Shown here: piece by piece, positions 1 to 22,500 of the stretch
Layout: the number at the start of each line of letters is the position of its first letter
Position numbering within the stretch: position 1 is the stretch's first letter
Source: Balanoglossus misakiensis
Taxonomy: Eukaryota > Animalia > Hemichordata
Assembly (NCBI GenBank): GCA_040954595.2
Contig: CM082576.2
Coordinates: forward strand, 13,953,129-14,017,128
DNA: 64,000 nucleotides
Reading direction: 5' to 3'
Notes under the pieces: model-generated
Told to the model about the DNA's origin: nothing
Database searches by the model: none
The model's input: only the letters and a program-made list of their open reading frames with translations
Translations under genes and position numbers: made by a program

Positions 1-416
1 GATGGTCAGACCATTTTCGGATTTGATCTGGTTCCATCGACTGATTTCTCCCATAAAGTTATCTTCCCAAAATTTCGCCGAATTAGTGCGCATTTCTTCG
101 CTGAGTCGCTTGATTTGGGGCGACCAAACCTCTTCCGCATAGATTCACATTGGAGTGCGCATGCGCACTAGTCACGTGTGTCAACAGGAGCCTGACTCAC
201 GTGACTTTCTGTCCGGACAGAAAGTCATTCTTCACTCGTTATATTGTAAATTGTATGAGTTTATGAGCAGAGCTGGGGATGATGACTGTTCGATTCAGAA
301 TCAATTATCATCTACTTTTAGAAATTATAGATGCCGTTTCAAACAAAATTTTGCCCCTACGAGAAATACTGGGGCTTTAACGTAATATATCTCTTATTGT
401 TGCTTGCTCATTGCAG

Positions 417-1298
417 GGAGGATTTTGCAAAGTCTGGCTTTGCAGATCTGTGTCAGCACATAGGAGCCATTTCTAGCAAATGTGCTATGTTCAACGTCAG
501 CAAAGAAGAGTTTGTCTGTCTCAAGGCTCTGGTACTTGTCAATTCAGGTAAGTGTACGAACACTTCTGTTGGTACTGAGCAGTGGTGAGTTTTGTCAGCA
601 GTATGTCATACAAACATATTTAAATTCCCAAATTGCTCGATGATATACAAGTTCTGCATGTAAAAGTTAATGCAAAGAATTTCACCTTTTCATTTGACTG
701 TAAAGAGGGAATGGCTGTTCATAGCATTTTCTCTATTTTTCACCTTGTGAGTCATATACCAGTATGAGATGCAGTTGTTTCCTGTCAAACACTAAGTGTT
801 GTATCTGATATAAGATTTCAAATGTTAAGTTTTGTGTAAGATGTTCAAAATTTATGATGGATCATTACAGGGTGCAGCGTTACATATTTCAAAAATATGC
901 ATGTGTCAAAACAAATACAGAATGCAACTATTGTAGCCTGTCCCACCATATAATATTTCTCTTTTTTTAATCATTGTTCGATTGTAGCAATGGAGTTGCA
1001 AAGCCAAGAGCGACTGCTCAAATTACAAGACGATCTGACGGACGCCCTCAGCGAGGCAGTGGAGCTGACCAGCCCGACTGAAATGAGACGACTCCCCAAG
1101 CTGCTGATGCTGCTCTCGCACCTGCGCCACCTCAGCTGCAAGGGCATCACGCAGTTGTTTGAGGCCAGAAACTCGGGCAATGTGCCACTGTACGATTTAC
1201 TCTTAGAGATGCTGGACGCCAACACCATCGTCCGGCGGCAGCAGAGACAGGCCCAGGAATGGCAACAGGAGATCAAGAAGGAGAATACGTCTAACTAA
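417..1298 (+). CDS. ESR: Estrogen receptor-like nuclear receptor (NR3), C-terminal part of ligand-binding domain; last two coding exons 417-547 and 988-1298 (5' part outside window)
   Basis: Acceptor ttgcag|417, donor 547|gtaagt, acceptor ttgtag|988, and the phases join in frame. Translation: (R)EDFAKSGFADLCQHIGAISSKCAMFNVSKEEFVCLKALVLVNS-A-MELQ...RRLPKLLMLLSHLRHLSCKGITQLF...VPLYDLLLEMLDA...*. EEFVCLK and VPLYDLLLEMLDA match vertebrate ERalpha helix 8 and helix 12. The 417-547 exon boundaries match those of ESR1 exon 6. The DBD is not in the window, so exact orthology is unproven. Confidence 0.85.
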
Positions 1299-4200
1299 AG
1301 GATGTGCCGGACGAGACAATTTTTATTCAAAGCAAAAAGTAGTTGGATTTTGTGCCCCCCGTTTATTAGACTAAGTGTTCGTGAATGTTCATGTCTTGCG
1401 TGTTTTGCTTAAGTATGTTTCAAAAACGTACAGTAGAGTTTATGTCATTCCAGCTCATTGAAAATGTAGAATTAGAAAAAGAAAAGTTGTTTTTCTCCCC
1501 TCCGTTTTAAGCAAAAGCTATCTTTGTATAGGTATTTCAAAATATAATGTATATGTCAAAGTTGTGACATTTTCTGCATTGAAGAGAAGAAGGTAATATA
1601 TATTCTATTTTTATGTCTAAGATGTAAGAACCAATGAAATCTGACTGTTTGTAAACGTTATTCTCTTGCCATTTTTAGCATGGTTTCTTCAATTTCTCAA
1701 GTTGGGCGACATAGTGATATGTAAATTCTTATTGGGGGAGGGGGGTGAGGACGTGAGAGGGGCAAAAATGCCAAGCAGTGTACTTACCGTGAGAGTGAAT
1801 TGTAACTGGAAAACAGTTTAACTTTTAGTACAGAAGTATCAGAAACCCAGTTGTTGAGTGAAGAAGGATTTGAGAATGGGTTTCCTTTAGTATCTCACTC
1901 AATTGGCCAGTTGGGTAAGGACCATGAAAGTGGGTTGTCAATGCTGCACTTAAAAGCTGTTAAGCCATATATGTAGCCTTAGACATTTTTACGTATTGAT
2001 CAGTGCTTCGAAATAATTTCTGAACATAAAATAGAAGGTAGACTAGCTCTGTGTGGGTTGGTCACAAATGGGTCATTCAGTCCAGGGCTATGTAGATGAG
2101 AATATTAACACATGTGTTGTATTCCTGACTGCATTCAGTTAACCACTACAGAAACAGATTCGAGTTTTCTTTATCATCAGTTTGACTTGGTATACACTGT
2201 TGTTAGACTCAAGTACTCAATATAGAATGTTCATCTCAACATTTATTTGCATAACTGACAGTACCGGTAGTTGCAACAAACTAGGCCAAAGACACCTCAG
2301 TGGTTGTCAGCACATTAGCATTATAACACTTCTCTTTATAACTGCCACAACTTGCCTATCGAAACATACAATTTTCATTTCTTATTTTTCATTTGTCAGA
2401 TGTAAGCAAGTAAGTAAGTGATTATGCCAGCTGTTACCACGATCTGAAAATGCATACACGCACTCTGGGGAAAAAGATAATTACAGAAGCATATAACATA
2501 GTCCAAATTAACGATAACTGTTTTATGAGCATTAGCAGGATAAAATATGGCCCTAGCTATGAAATTATATTGATAGAATAACTTTTAGCTACAGCTATGA
2601 CATATATGGATCAATAGGCACCACGAGGAAATGCAAGGATATCTTGATGTGGGCAAATAATACACACTGAATCTGAGGCCAATCAATATTGATTTGAATT
2701 TATTTATTACTAATAATCAAACATTGCAGTTGTTGCATGCCTGTATGTTTATTGAAATACACTTATGATAAGTATAAAATAGTCATACCATTGCGTTTTT
2801 TTCATTTTGAAAATTCTTTTCGTCAAAGAAATTCAATTTTGTGTATGATTGAAATATGTACTGCAGGGAAAAAAGGAAAAGAACGAATTTGCTTGAGAAG
2901 TTATGTTTTGATCAATTTTCTGGTAAAGCAGTACTATAATTTAATTTAACGTTTTGTTTTTTTCTTTGGCTACGTACAGTAAGACTGTATCCTTTGAAAC
3001 ATGCCTGCATCTGAAATCTTTGGAATACATTTCAAACGCACAAGCTCTGAATCTCCAAGTCAGTTTCAACGATCACTGTTTGATCGCAGTGGAAATGTTC
3101 AAATAGTTGAAAGTTATACTGTAATATTTTTTCCTAGATATGTGTGCATCAGAAACGATTCCTGAACAGTTCTTCATTCAAAATTAACACAAGAGCTGTG
3201 TGAAACATGATTTGTGAAACAGACGTGAACGAGACAAAATGTGTGAAGCGAGGTTTTGAATGTAGGGGGGACTTTCGAAATATTTGGGTGGGGGTGGGGG
3301 GTGAAATCATTTGCTTCGACTGCATTTCTTCCCAGCCCAGTCGTGTCTGCTATTGTGACATGACCTTGTGATGGAGGTCATAGTCAGGTGACACCTAACA
3401 ACAAAAAAATTTGGCAGATTCCCAGGATAATTTTTTTTCCTTCACGTTTTACGGCATATCAACTTTCAACAGGTGTTGAGTGAATTCAATCTTTGTCAAG
3501 CCCTTCAATTTTTAAATTTACTTTCATTTCATTATATGTATGTATAATTTTGGCATCTGACATGTGAAGTGCTGTACACAGTACTATAAATTACCCACAA
3601 TTCTCTCTGTGCCATTGGAGGTTGCCTTTCTGATAACCTCTTCTCTGTTCTTTGTTTCAACTCTAATGGGATACATCTAAATAAACATTTATTTATATCT
3701 AGTAAAAGTACACTTTGATTTGATGGCTAAACTGTCACAATTACCAGTAAATAACCGACAAAAAATGGTCTTGGTCTGCAGGGACTGCAAATGGCATACT
3801 TATGAAGTGGTCAATCGTTCAGAAAAGTCAACCTGTACATTTCTTTTTGTCTTGTCCATTGGAAGTGAATAAAGATCCATTTGTTTGGCAAAACAGAATG
3901 TAACTGGTCTTCGTACATTCCCTTATGATATTAGGTTTGGCTGAAGACTGTGGAAAAAGTTTCAATGCACAAACTGGCTTATTATCATAATTTTCCCAAG
4001 TTGCTTAAAATGAGAAGAATTGTGCATGCAGAGGCAGAAGTCTGTTTTCAAACTTTCTGAATCTAGTCTGTCAGTTTGTCTGGTCATGGGAGATGGGCTA
4101 GGCTGAGGAACCTCCAGTGGTATGAATCAGACTAGGTAATTCTTGGGCACCATTTGCACTTGCTTTGACCCAGCCAGCATTCTGGAGAACCTGAGGAATT

Positions 4201-7200
4201 TGGCTAACCTTGGCTGTAGATTGTAGCTGTGTGATCTCTAGATCAACATATATACTGGGTGGGTCTCCAAATATCTGTTTGGTCATCAACATTGACCGGG
4301 TCAGAACCTCAGGTCATGGATGTTGACTAAGGGCAGTGAACTTGACCAGGACAATACATAGATTAGCTCGCTGACCATTCAGTTCCCGCCGGTTAACCTT
4401 TTTGGTTGTTAACCTGATCAGAGGTGTAGATTATAAGAGCTGGTATCCAGCGCCAACACAACCACCCTGTTTGTGTTTTTCAACCAACTGTTTTATTTTC
4501 AGAAAGTATACTTTATATTCAAAACTCTTTTCCGCTTGTAAAACTGTAACTGTAAGCCATTTGCCACTGTTACTGCTTATGTACCGAGCTAAACCACCCT
4601 GGAATCACCAAAGTTCACTGTTTTGATCTTTGTGATTTTTCACAAAAAAATCCCCCACTCCCAGCTGGCCATTTTGCTCCTAAATGCAACAAATCATGTA
4701 CATTGTTGATAACGTTTCTACAATCCTGCTAATATCGACAGTTTTCATCAGTGATGGGTTTCACTATATTGGGATAAACTTTGAAGAACTGTGTTCCACA
4801 GAAGATATCTTATTTAGAGAATATTTGGGGATTTATTTTAGCTATAATAGCTAGCAGCTGGTATGTTGCCTATTCATTTAGAGTTTCATATTACAGCTTT
4901 GAGATCCTGTACCAGAGAATTGACAATTGTCACATGTACTATTTCATGAAGGATTTCAGTGAGCTACAGGTTTTCAGATCTCAATAAATGTTACAAATAC
5001 TTTGAAATTGTGCTGTTCTCTTGTAGTTTTAAATCTTCCCCAAGGTACAGAAGTTTTTTTTTCTTTTCTTTTTTTCATAAATGTCTATGGAATGGTCACA
5101 AAAATTGAAGCCATTATGTCTCATTTGTGCAGTTTGATGGAGATGGCCATATTTTGATTGCAATCCATTATTTATTTCTTCAATTATTTACCAGACTTTA
5201 GTATGTTTTTGTCAATGTTTGATAGCAAACTGTATTCGTACATAAGATACACTCCATTAGAATGTAAGATCACAAAAAAAAGAGAAAAAAAATTGATAGC
5301 ATGTGGCTTTAATATGACAATTCTAGGAAATTTGGACTAAGGAGGGTTTTGATAAAATGATCGAGACATTAAATTTGTTGTCGAACTGTGCATGGATACA
5401 CAACATCTAGGTTATTGAAAAGTGTGTTAAGAGAAAGACTCTCTCATAATTCACAGACTGCTTTCAAATGTCCACCAAGCTGTTTACAGCCCCACAGTGT
5501 GTACACAAATTTCTACCCAAAGTTTATATTTTCGTCAGTTGTTTCAAGTGTAAAATGTATCCGAGAAATCTACACCCCATATTTAAAAAAAATCATCAAA
5601 TGGATTTCTGCTGGCAATATAGTGATTTTCCCAGGGTGATATAAAACAGTTGCACAACTGACAGGAATATATTACATGTTTGTGGGATTTGACATTTTCT
5701 TACCATGAGAGTATCGACAGAGGGGTCTATGTCCTCAGCATTATGTCTGATAAACTATGTCTTCTGATTGAACCCTTTGAGACTTATTATTTTCAAAATC
5801 AATTTCATTTAAATGTTTTTGGGGGGGCGAAAGAATTGCAGTGAGACGTATAACTCATGTGTACTTGCTTTCAATGCAGTGCAGTCTGTTTTCTGTTAAT
5901 GCTATGGACAAGCAATTTCTATTGCATTTGATACAACAAATTAATTTGTCCCATCTTACATTTCCATTAACCATGCCAAAATGCCCTTTTCATATCGATA
6001 TGGAAATATAATAAAGCATTTATGACATATAAAGTTATATGTAACACAGTAACTATGCTTTAATTTATTGCCATTAATTTGTTGTCAGTAAGAACAAACA
6101 ACCTTTTAATGACCTCAACATGAACTCGGTGATGACGTATGTCGTCTGGTTTGTTCTAAAACTGGGCTGCACGCTGTGTACTCTCCCGTGACCGTAATTT
6201 GAACCTTTGGTGAAAGTTTTAAAAGCCAGCCTTCTGAGGGCGCTAGACTAGCATAACGTGGTGGTTCTATGTAAATCAGTACTTCCATGCATTGACCAGA
6301 ATTTGTCGCAAGAATACTCCAGCTACGGCGTTCTCTGTCATGGGACTTTCAGCTTATATTACCACCAAACTCGAAATTTATGTAAAAAGGGTACAGTGTC
6401 TGAAACCTCTATTTAACCACACGTGACAATGCTATAAATTAGCTATATTAAAATTAAAATTGAACTTTTTTCCTTCTCAAAACTACATATCAAAACAAGA
6501 AACAACTTTACACTTGTAATATATAACATCTGAGAAAAAGCCTACTGGCAAATCCAGTAAAAGCTGGTAGATATTTGTTTTATGAACTGCTTTCGATACT
6601 TTTTACTGTAAAACCGATTTTCGCGAAATGCCGGCTTGGAAATCTCTAAAAGTGCGCCCTCAGTGGTAAATGTTCAAACCTACACATAAATTTTCACCTT
6701 GAATATCATGAATATAAATCAATAAATAACACTAAACAGTTAATTGAAATTAATCTGTCACATATTTTATTATGTCAAAAAAATTGAACTTGAATATTTT
6801 AAAATAATCATGTTAATTACTAAATACAGCAAGCATAGAAAAATAGCAAATCGGAGTTATAAAAACCTGGCTTAATACAGCAATGTGACAAACTGTATGC
6901 TGTGCATGCGATTCTTACGTTTGCAAAGGGCCCTGTTCTTCAAATGCGTGGTGGCCGTGTGGGGGCGCTCTCTCTTCTCCTTTCAACTCACAGCGGTATA
7001 AAGTATGCCCTGGCAGTGGGATATCGTGTTTTGTGCAGCATTCTTTTCTTTTCGTACTGTTTAGCAGCAAATTTTCATGATTTTTAATTCAAGTAAACTA
7101 GTTTATAAAAAGTTCCTTTGCAATGGTGATAGTCTACAGCTACTCCAGGGTCTATACATCTTCGTCTGCCAATTCGTCTTTGTGGGAGACTGGTTAGTCG

Positions 7201-8794
7201 AGCTAACGACCCATACAAGCAGACGATGAGCTACATGTATATATCAACGAAACAACGACTGACGACACATGATTTTTCTCTATTTTTTGTGATTTATTAA
7301 AACTTACATGTTACAACACCCACTGATAAAACCTGCACTTTAAAAATAAAACAGCTGCAATTCTTTGACAAAATGAGCAATGACAAAATGCATTCATACC
7401 TGAAGACATGACAAGAGGGAGGAGATATCGATCCACTATTCAAAATATTTGTGAAAAATATTCTAAGAAATACAAGTAGTGACCCGAATGCACGCCAAGG
7501 CCAGTAATAAATGTCATCATAAATGTCATTACTGTACATACTCTGAAAGGTGCAGCATTTTCTAAATTCGTACACTTCCTTCCATAAAATGCTCCCATAT
7601 TAAGAGGTTCCTGTCATTAAATGTTGAACGGTGTTGGTAGTTTACAGGTTTCACTGAGTAATTAAAAAAAAATGAATCCACAAGAAGCTCTCACATGAAT
7701 CATTTTGTATCAAGTCATGATTAAAACGGCTCTACATTTTGCCCACACTAAAATTACCCATGATGCATTGCTATTTTTAAGCTTGGTTCCCTTCCCCAAT
7801 TCCACCAATGGCTGTGCTCTCTGCTGTGAACATTTTGGGGGGGGGGGGGGGGGGGCAGGTATGACCAGCAAGAAAAGCGTTCTTGTCACTGGCCAATAAC
7901 AAGCACCGTGATTGGATGAAATACCCGGTTCAACACGGTGCAGTTCACACTTGACGTTTGTCAGCCATTTTGTTTTCACAAAGCATGCTTTGGACAAGTT
8001 GCCTGTGCACTAAACTTGCATGGATGTACTCTGGTTGTAGGCCAGAGGAATTAGAAAGACTGCCTAAATTTTCTATGCAGAGGGACTGCCTTGGTCTGTT
8101 CGACTACTAGCATTGCTGTAAACTGGTGGCCTGAACCCGACCCTTCAATCATTTGTTATGCAAAGCCAATGGTAGAACTGGAGAACCGGAATTCATTTTA
8201 TTAGCAACGAAATTGAAATTTATCCTTGAGGCAATATCCAGCCACATTTTGACCACGATGCAGATGAGCCCAGCACTTCCGATTCTATGTCCATCCAAAA
8301 TTTGCCACATGGCACCACACATAATCCAAATAGTGAAGTCTGTCCATGAAATAATATTATCGCCTAAAGCCTGAAAGCAGAATGACACTCACAGCCCAGA
8401 ATCCAAGAGATAATTTGGTGTGGTCATGCGACCCTGTGGTTTACTGTTTTTACAAAACACAAAACTGCTATTACACAAAAGTTTTGGTGCAAAAAGTTTG
8501 AACGCAAATACATGTACATGTATTGGCAATGTGGAAATGATTTTGGGGGATTTAGTTGACATTTCACTACGTTCAATATTGACAATGATATTCATAGTGA
8601 ACAGATTTGATACAGCATAGATTATCATCATAATTTGTTTCATACAGTAATTTTTAATTATTAGTTTTTGCTGTTTTGCTACAAAGAAAAATATTCTCCT
8701 TTTCGCTTGTCGAGCATTAGATTTTCACTCGTAATGTACTTGTAGAAAATAAGGCATCTTTTTTTATGTGAACAATATGTCATCACTTGATTAG

Positions 8795-8894
8795 TTAACC
8801 CTTTCACCCCCAATTCCCTATTACATGTACAGAGGTCCAATTTTACCATAGAAAACAATGCATTTGGGCCAAACCACGGTGGTGAAAGGGTTAA
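8795..8894. mobile_element. ~100-bp piggyBac-like MITE (TTAA|CCCTTTCACC...GGTGAAAGGG|TTAA)
   Basis: Perfect short TIRs with TTAA flanks. Related copies at ~32394-32488, ~37964-38058, ~43518-43612, ~48520-48617, and a partial one at ~61923. Confidence 0.7.
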
Positions 8895-11198
8895 ACTTGG
8901 TACTCTGATGCTAATATTCGACCAAAATGACATTCAAAATGCAGACACTGTATAACAAAGTCTGCGATATAGTGAAATGTTAAACAACAATCTTTTCTGA
9001 TGGCAAGGGGTGTACAATGAAGAATGGTGTCCACGGACTAAAAATGTGATCATAATACAAGCATCTTCTGTAAAACATACAAAAATGTATCACATTTAAA
9101 AAACAAATCCCACATATAGTTCTCAGGCCAATCTTTAAACCGCCAATACTTTCATTTGCGGTACGACTAAAATCAACTTGGATTTCACGCAATCACAATT
9201 TAGAACTACCACTCCAGAAAAAAATCAAGGTAACTACGACTGCAAACAGGTATACTCTGTAACATAAAACTATTGTGAACCGTGTATGACTTAATTTCAC
9301 TGCTGAACAGAAAAAATGAGGTAGTTGTACTCTACACAGGAACTGTTGCGCCCTTGATTTTTTTTTACACGTATTAAAATGACAAAATAACACAAGGTAA
9401 AATTACCGCTATATTTGAAGATGTACATAAAAGCACACGCAAATTTCCGAGTCCATAAAACAGAACTGAGTAAAAAGACCACCACCATCAAAATATGAAG
9501 TTGAGTGAACCACAAACACACAGACAACATACTATACACCAATGTGGAACTGGCATATCAGAGTACAAGTGTACTTCATATAAAATGATGTTATACATAA
9601 CTTAACATAGATTTATAAGTATACGAGAATCTCTATCGTGACTTGAAAAGTACAAGAATTTGACCGGTATTTATGTGCAAATTCCACATTGTTGGTTTCT
9701 CATTTTACAAGGAATCAGCTCAAGTTAGGGTTATTAATTTAACTTGACAGGAAATCCAATGCATATGTAAATGCATGAACGATGACAGCTTTTTAGTATA
9801 TGTGCACTCTCTCAAAATGTTGTTTCTTTCTTGTACACTTTGCACAACATCAGAGTGCAATATTATCTTGGTCTAGTTTTGAGACCAAGAAAACAATATC
9901 CACTAAACTGACGATTTCTTCAACATTTCACTTGTTCACCTTCAGTCATGTTTGACTTCAGTTCAACTTCATGATACATAACATCTACAGCAGCAGAGAA
10001 TAGTTTAAGCAGCCAGAGGTCACGAGGTCAGAGGTCAACTGGTTGCTGAAAGACTGTACTGTACGTTAAGTTAAGTTCCTGTAATGGCTGGGTATATTCT
10101 CATTGATATTACCGGTACTGATTTTATGATAACCAAAAATATAAATATACATTTATATATATATATATATATCTACTCCTATGTGTGTTGAATTCATTGT
10201 TTAAAGACCTGTTCTTTTGATTTGTTATTCATGAAATATTGTAATAATTTATTAATTTAAAGATATAGATCTGTTTGCACTGGTTAGTATAATAATTTGC
10301 AAGTCTATATAGACTAGCTGCAGAAGGGTCAGGGGGTGTCATTCAATGAAAAAAAAACAATGGCAGCCATTTATGAAAACTAATAAGTAGATTTCTGGAT
10401 ATCACAGATTTTGCATCTTGTTACTTTTTTTCCACTCTGTCCTTGAAGTGACATGAGAGAAGAAAAGTGGGCCAACAGATGAACTTTGAACTCTGATTAT
10501 CAAAACAAAGTGCAGAGTACCATGGTACTGTCTGTACCAGAGCGTACACATTTCACATAAAGAGCTAGGGCAATACATAAGTCACAAATTTAAATACACC
10601 ATCACGTTTCATGCTTTGAAAGAAGAATACAGTGTAAGGAAATTGCCCTAAAAATGTGAAGTGATCGGGAGAGCCGAACAACATGAGGTAGCAAAAAGCT
10701 GACTTCCTGGACTGCTTATTTACATGCAAAACTGCAGTGCACCTGGGGAAAATGTGTTTACTTTCCTGGCCCTAGTGTGGTTCTGAATGGCTATAAGAAT
10801 ATTCCCACAACCTAGTTCCGGCCTGAAAACAACGCATTTTCCCTACCAACAACACAATGGTAATTATAAACAAACGATCTTTCCTAAATTGACCTGAGAA
10901 ATCTAGAATGGAAATTTGTTTTGATCAGTGTAACCAGATATATCTATGTGCATTAAAAAATTCTCCAACATGAGAGCATGAAAAAAAGAACATACATAAT
11001 GAAATATAACCTTTTTTTAACAATACCCCCCTGAGTATGGTGAGACAAAAACAGCCATCCACATTTGGCTTTTATCATTTTTTTTAAAAACTACCCTGTA
11101 TTTTGATTCCATGGTTATTTTTTTTTACTGAGAAGGTATTCAATAGAAAAAAATCATGATGAGGTTTTTTTTGACCTTGCAGGTCTGTCGTAGAGTCA

Positions 11199-19567
<8,369 letters not shown>

Positions 19568-22500
19568 TTATTTGATGATGTGTTTCTGTATACCCATCAC
19601 ATAACACATTTGAATGGACCATTCCAAATTTATTAAAAGTAAAATAATGAAAAAAAAATGCAAAAAATGGATGCTTATGGGATTTTAACAGATTATATGC
19701 TAACACAGAGTAGCTGTGAATAACGTTGTACTTGTATACTCCATCATATATTTATCATATGCATGTTGATGGAAAACTGTGATCATGAAAAGTACTACCG
19801 CAATTCACGACAACACAGACGAGGAAAAAAAAAAACACTGATGTCAACGAAATGAGGGCATTGTCATGACAACATATTTCCTGTTAGCAGAGAACGTCTT
19901 CGAGGGGTTTCAAAGACATCCTCAAGTGCTGTACTGAGCATGCACAGAGCGTGTACTACTGGCAAACCGTTTTGTTGACAGAGCGCGGCATGACCTACTT
20001 GCATAGAGATTATGTATCGGTTTAGTGACCTCAAATCGGCACCACCAGTGTCTGCTAAAAGTGTATCGCACAACTGGCACTGCTGATGCAGGGTGCACCA
20101 GGGCAGGTACACCAGCAGACAACAGCCTTAGCAAGCATACTTGTACAAATTTCGATTTGAGATACACTTTTGCCAATAAATTGAACTAGCTGTCCCTGAA
20201 GCACTGTTTATTCTATAACGATAGCTGTTTACAAGGAACAATTACCTATACAGACGTGTACTTAGAAAGTCAGGCCATGTTACACATTCTCAGGAACACA
20301 AACTTGAGAGAGAAATTGTCCATGTCTGATCATGACAGACCACGCAGTTAAACAGTCATATCCAAAATGCAAGTTTAGGACTTTTACAATTGTTTCCTTA
20401 GCCCACATACGTACATGTACATGTATACATGTATGTACATGATGTACGATCATTCATGAGGTGAGGGTGGCCTATTAAAATGGGAGTCCCCCAGTGTCCT
20501 CCTGTAAACAAATATTAAATGTCCATAATGCCTAGAGTTGTCACATAGCCATTATTTCCAGCAATTGGGGTTGCCACGGTAACAAGTCATATTTATATGG
20601 ATGCAAGATTCAGCAAATCACTTAATTTGGTAGCAAGTTCTTACAGGTGATTTGTTAGTACCAATAATGCCAACCTGGGTTCAGATAAAGCACCAATTTG
20701 ATTTGATGGAGAAACTCTTGCTCCACATTTATGACACAGCCTGTACCAAATGATCCAAATACGTAACAGACAAAAAAAGAGGGAACTTATAATTAGTTTT
20801 GGAATATTTTAGCCAGTTTAATACTAACTGTCAAGCAAGTCATCCTCTGAGGTTTATACATCACATCAATGCAGGGGGTCACCCAATGCAATGATTGCAT
20901 GGCGTCTCATCCAAAAGATACATGTAGGAAACAGTGAAAGTCGGAAAAGGTCTGAAATAATTATTGTTCTTTCTTATGAATGTTTATCTGAAGGCACTAC
21001 ATGTTGTACATTGTAGGTTTATTTTACAGGTACATTTATTTTACAACTACAAATGTTCTTACGTACCCCAGTGCAACAGAGATGTACATGTAGGAGATAC
21101 ATGTAGACCTCCATGCTCAGAATGAGTGTGATTAGTCACCCAATTATTTCTCATCAATCCACCATGGGATTTTTATTAATTTGTGTCTAGAAAACTAATG
21201 ATGGAGTTTGACGTTCGACTTCATCTCTGTGTACAATGTACATGATGTCATCAGTTAGTACTGTACAGGGAGTAATTTTACAGTCAGTGGGAAAAGAATT
21301 GACAAGTTGAGTTGAACAACTGGTTATCCGTAATATAGGCTCTTGTTGTGCATGTGTTTACAATAACCACTATAAATCAGAACACGCAGTTACAACAACA
21401 CAACAACAACAAGTCCTTGTTGCATGAATTGCCTGTACGTTTGGCAGAGCTCAGCTACATGTAGCTGTTTATGGGCCAATCACATTCAATCATTTGTGTA
21501 CGCATCATACTCTCACGTATAATCTTAATTGGTCTCAATTCAAATGGTTCCTGCAATTTTTTCCTCAAAATATCTGTTTACATTGTGTATAGTCAGTAGA
21601 GTAAGGAAGGAATAACAAATTTTGAAAAATATTGATCTTAACGTAGTTTGCATAATTCTTGATACCTCTGTCATTTAATTGTAATCTGTTACAGAGATTC
21701 TTCAAGATCATATCAGGTGAATTACGAGATTTAAGTCTTATTTTAATGGCAAATTTGATGATTGGTCAATCTCATTACAGGCATGGCTAGTAAACAAGAA
21801 GTGGGGTATTGCCAAGTTTATTTTCACATCAAATGATGTTTTATAAATTACATTTTCATTTTAGTTTCTGAGTAAAGTATTTTACACCAAAACAACCACG
21901 GACAGGTACTGTAGATTTCTCTGATATTTTGATAAGCGTCACTGTACTTCCACATTTTCAATTATTGTTGAAATTACCCTTATTTTTCTTAATTGAAAAT
22001 TGCATTTTCTTAGTTCTTTCTCAATGAAGGTCCCTGACGTTTCCTTTTAAATTGAGACTTCAGGTACCATCACTGATTAAGGAAATGCAGTTGCAAAATG
22101 ATTAAACGCTTGAACTATGACCTCTGTTCTCCTCATGACAAAAGCGAACAAAGCTGCCAAAACAATATTTTGTTTGCTTCAATAAAATGGAATAATCCAC
22201 CACACCATATGAATTAGAATTTCAATTGTCATTATGATTAAAATATTTTTTTTTAAATTTCCCCTTAATGCTCAAAATTAAGACATTTTCTCTTGTTCTC
22301 TCAACCCCCCCCCCCCTCCCACACACACCATGAATATATTGAATTGCAACAGTACATGTACTTGTATATGAGCGATGCACACACCCACACACAAAATCTG
22401 GCTTTCAGGTAACAACGTTCAAACCTCAATCATGATACAGTTGAAACATCAAGTGCATTCACCCCCAAGCAATATTTGAAGTAGAAGCTTTGACCTATTT

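Noticed and set aside
6234-6663. 10-bp inverted repeat CTGAGGGCGC/GCGCCCTCAG, possible old MITE
   Set aside because: Too short, with no clear target-site duplication or second copy in the window.
1299-11198. Exact polyadenylation sites or overlapping 3' UTRs of ER and ERR (AATAAA at ~3680 and ~3868; TTTATT at ~7293)
   Set aside because: The hexamers are common in AT-rich DNA, and no transcript evidence is available to choose among them or claim overlap.
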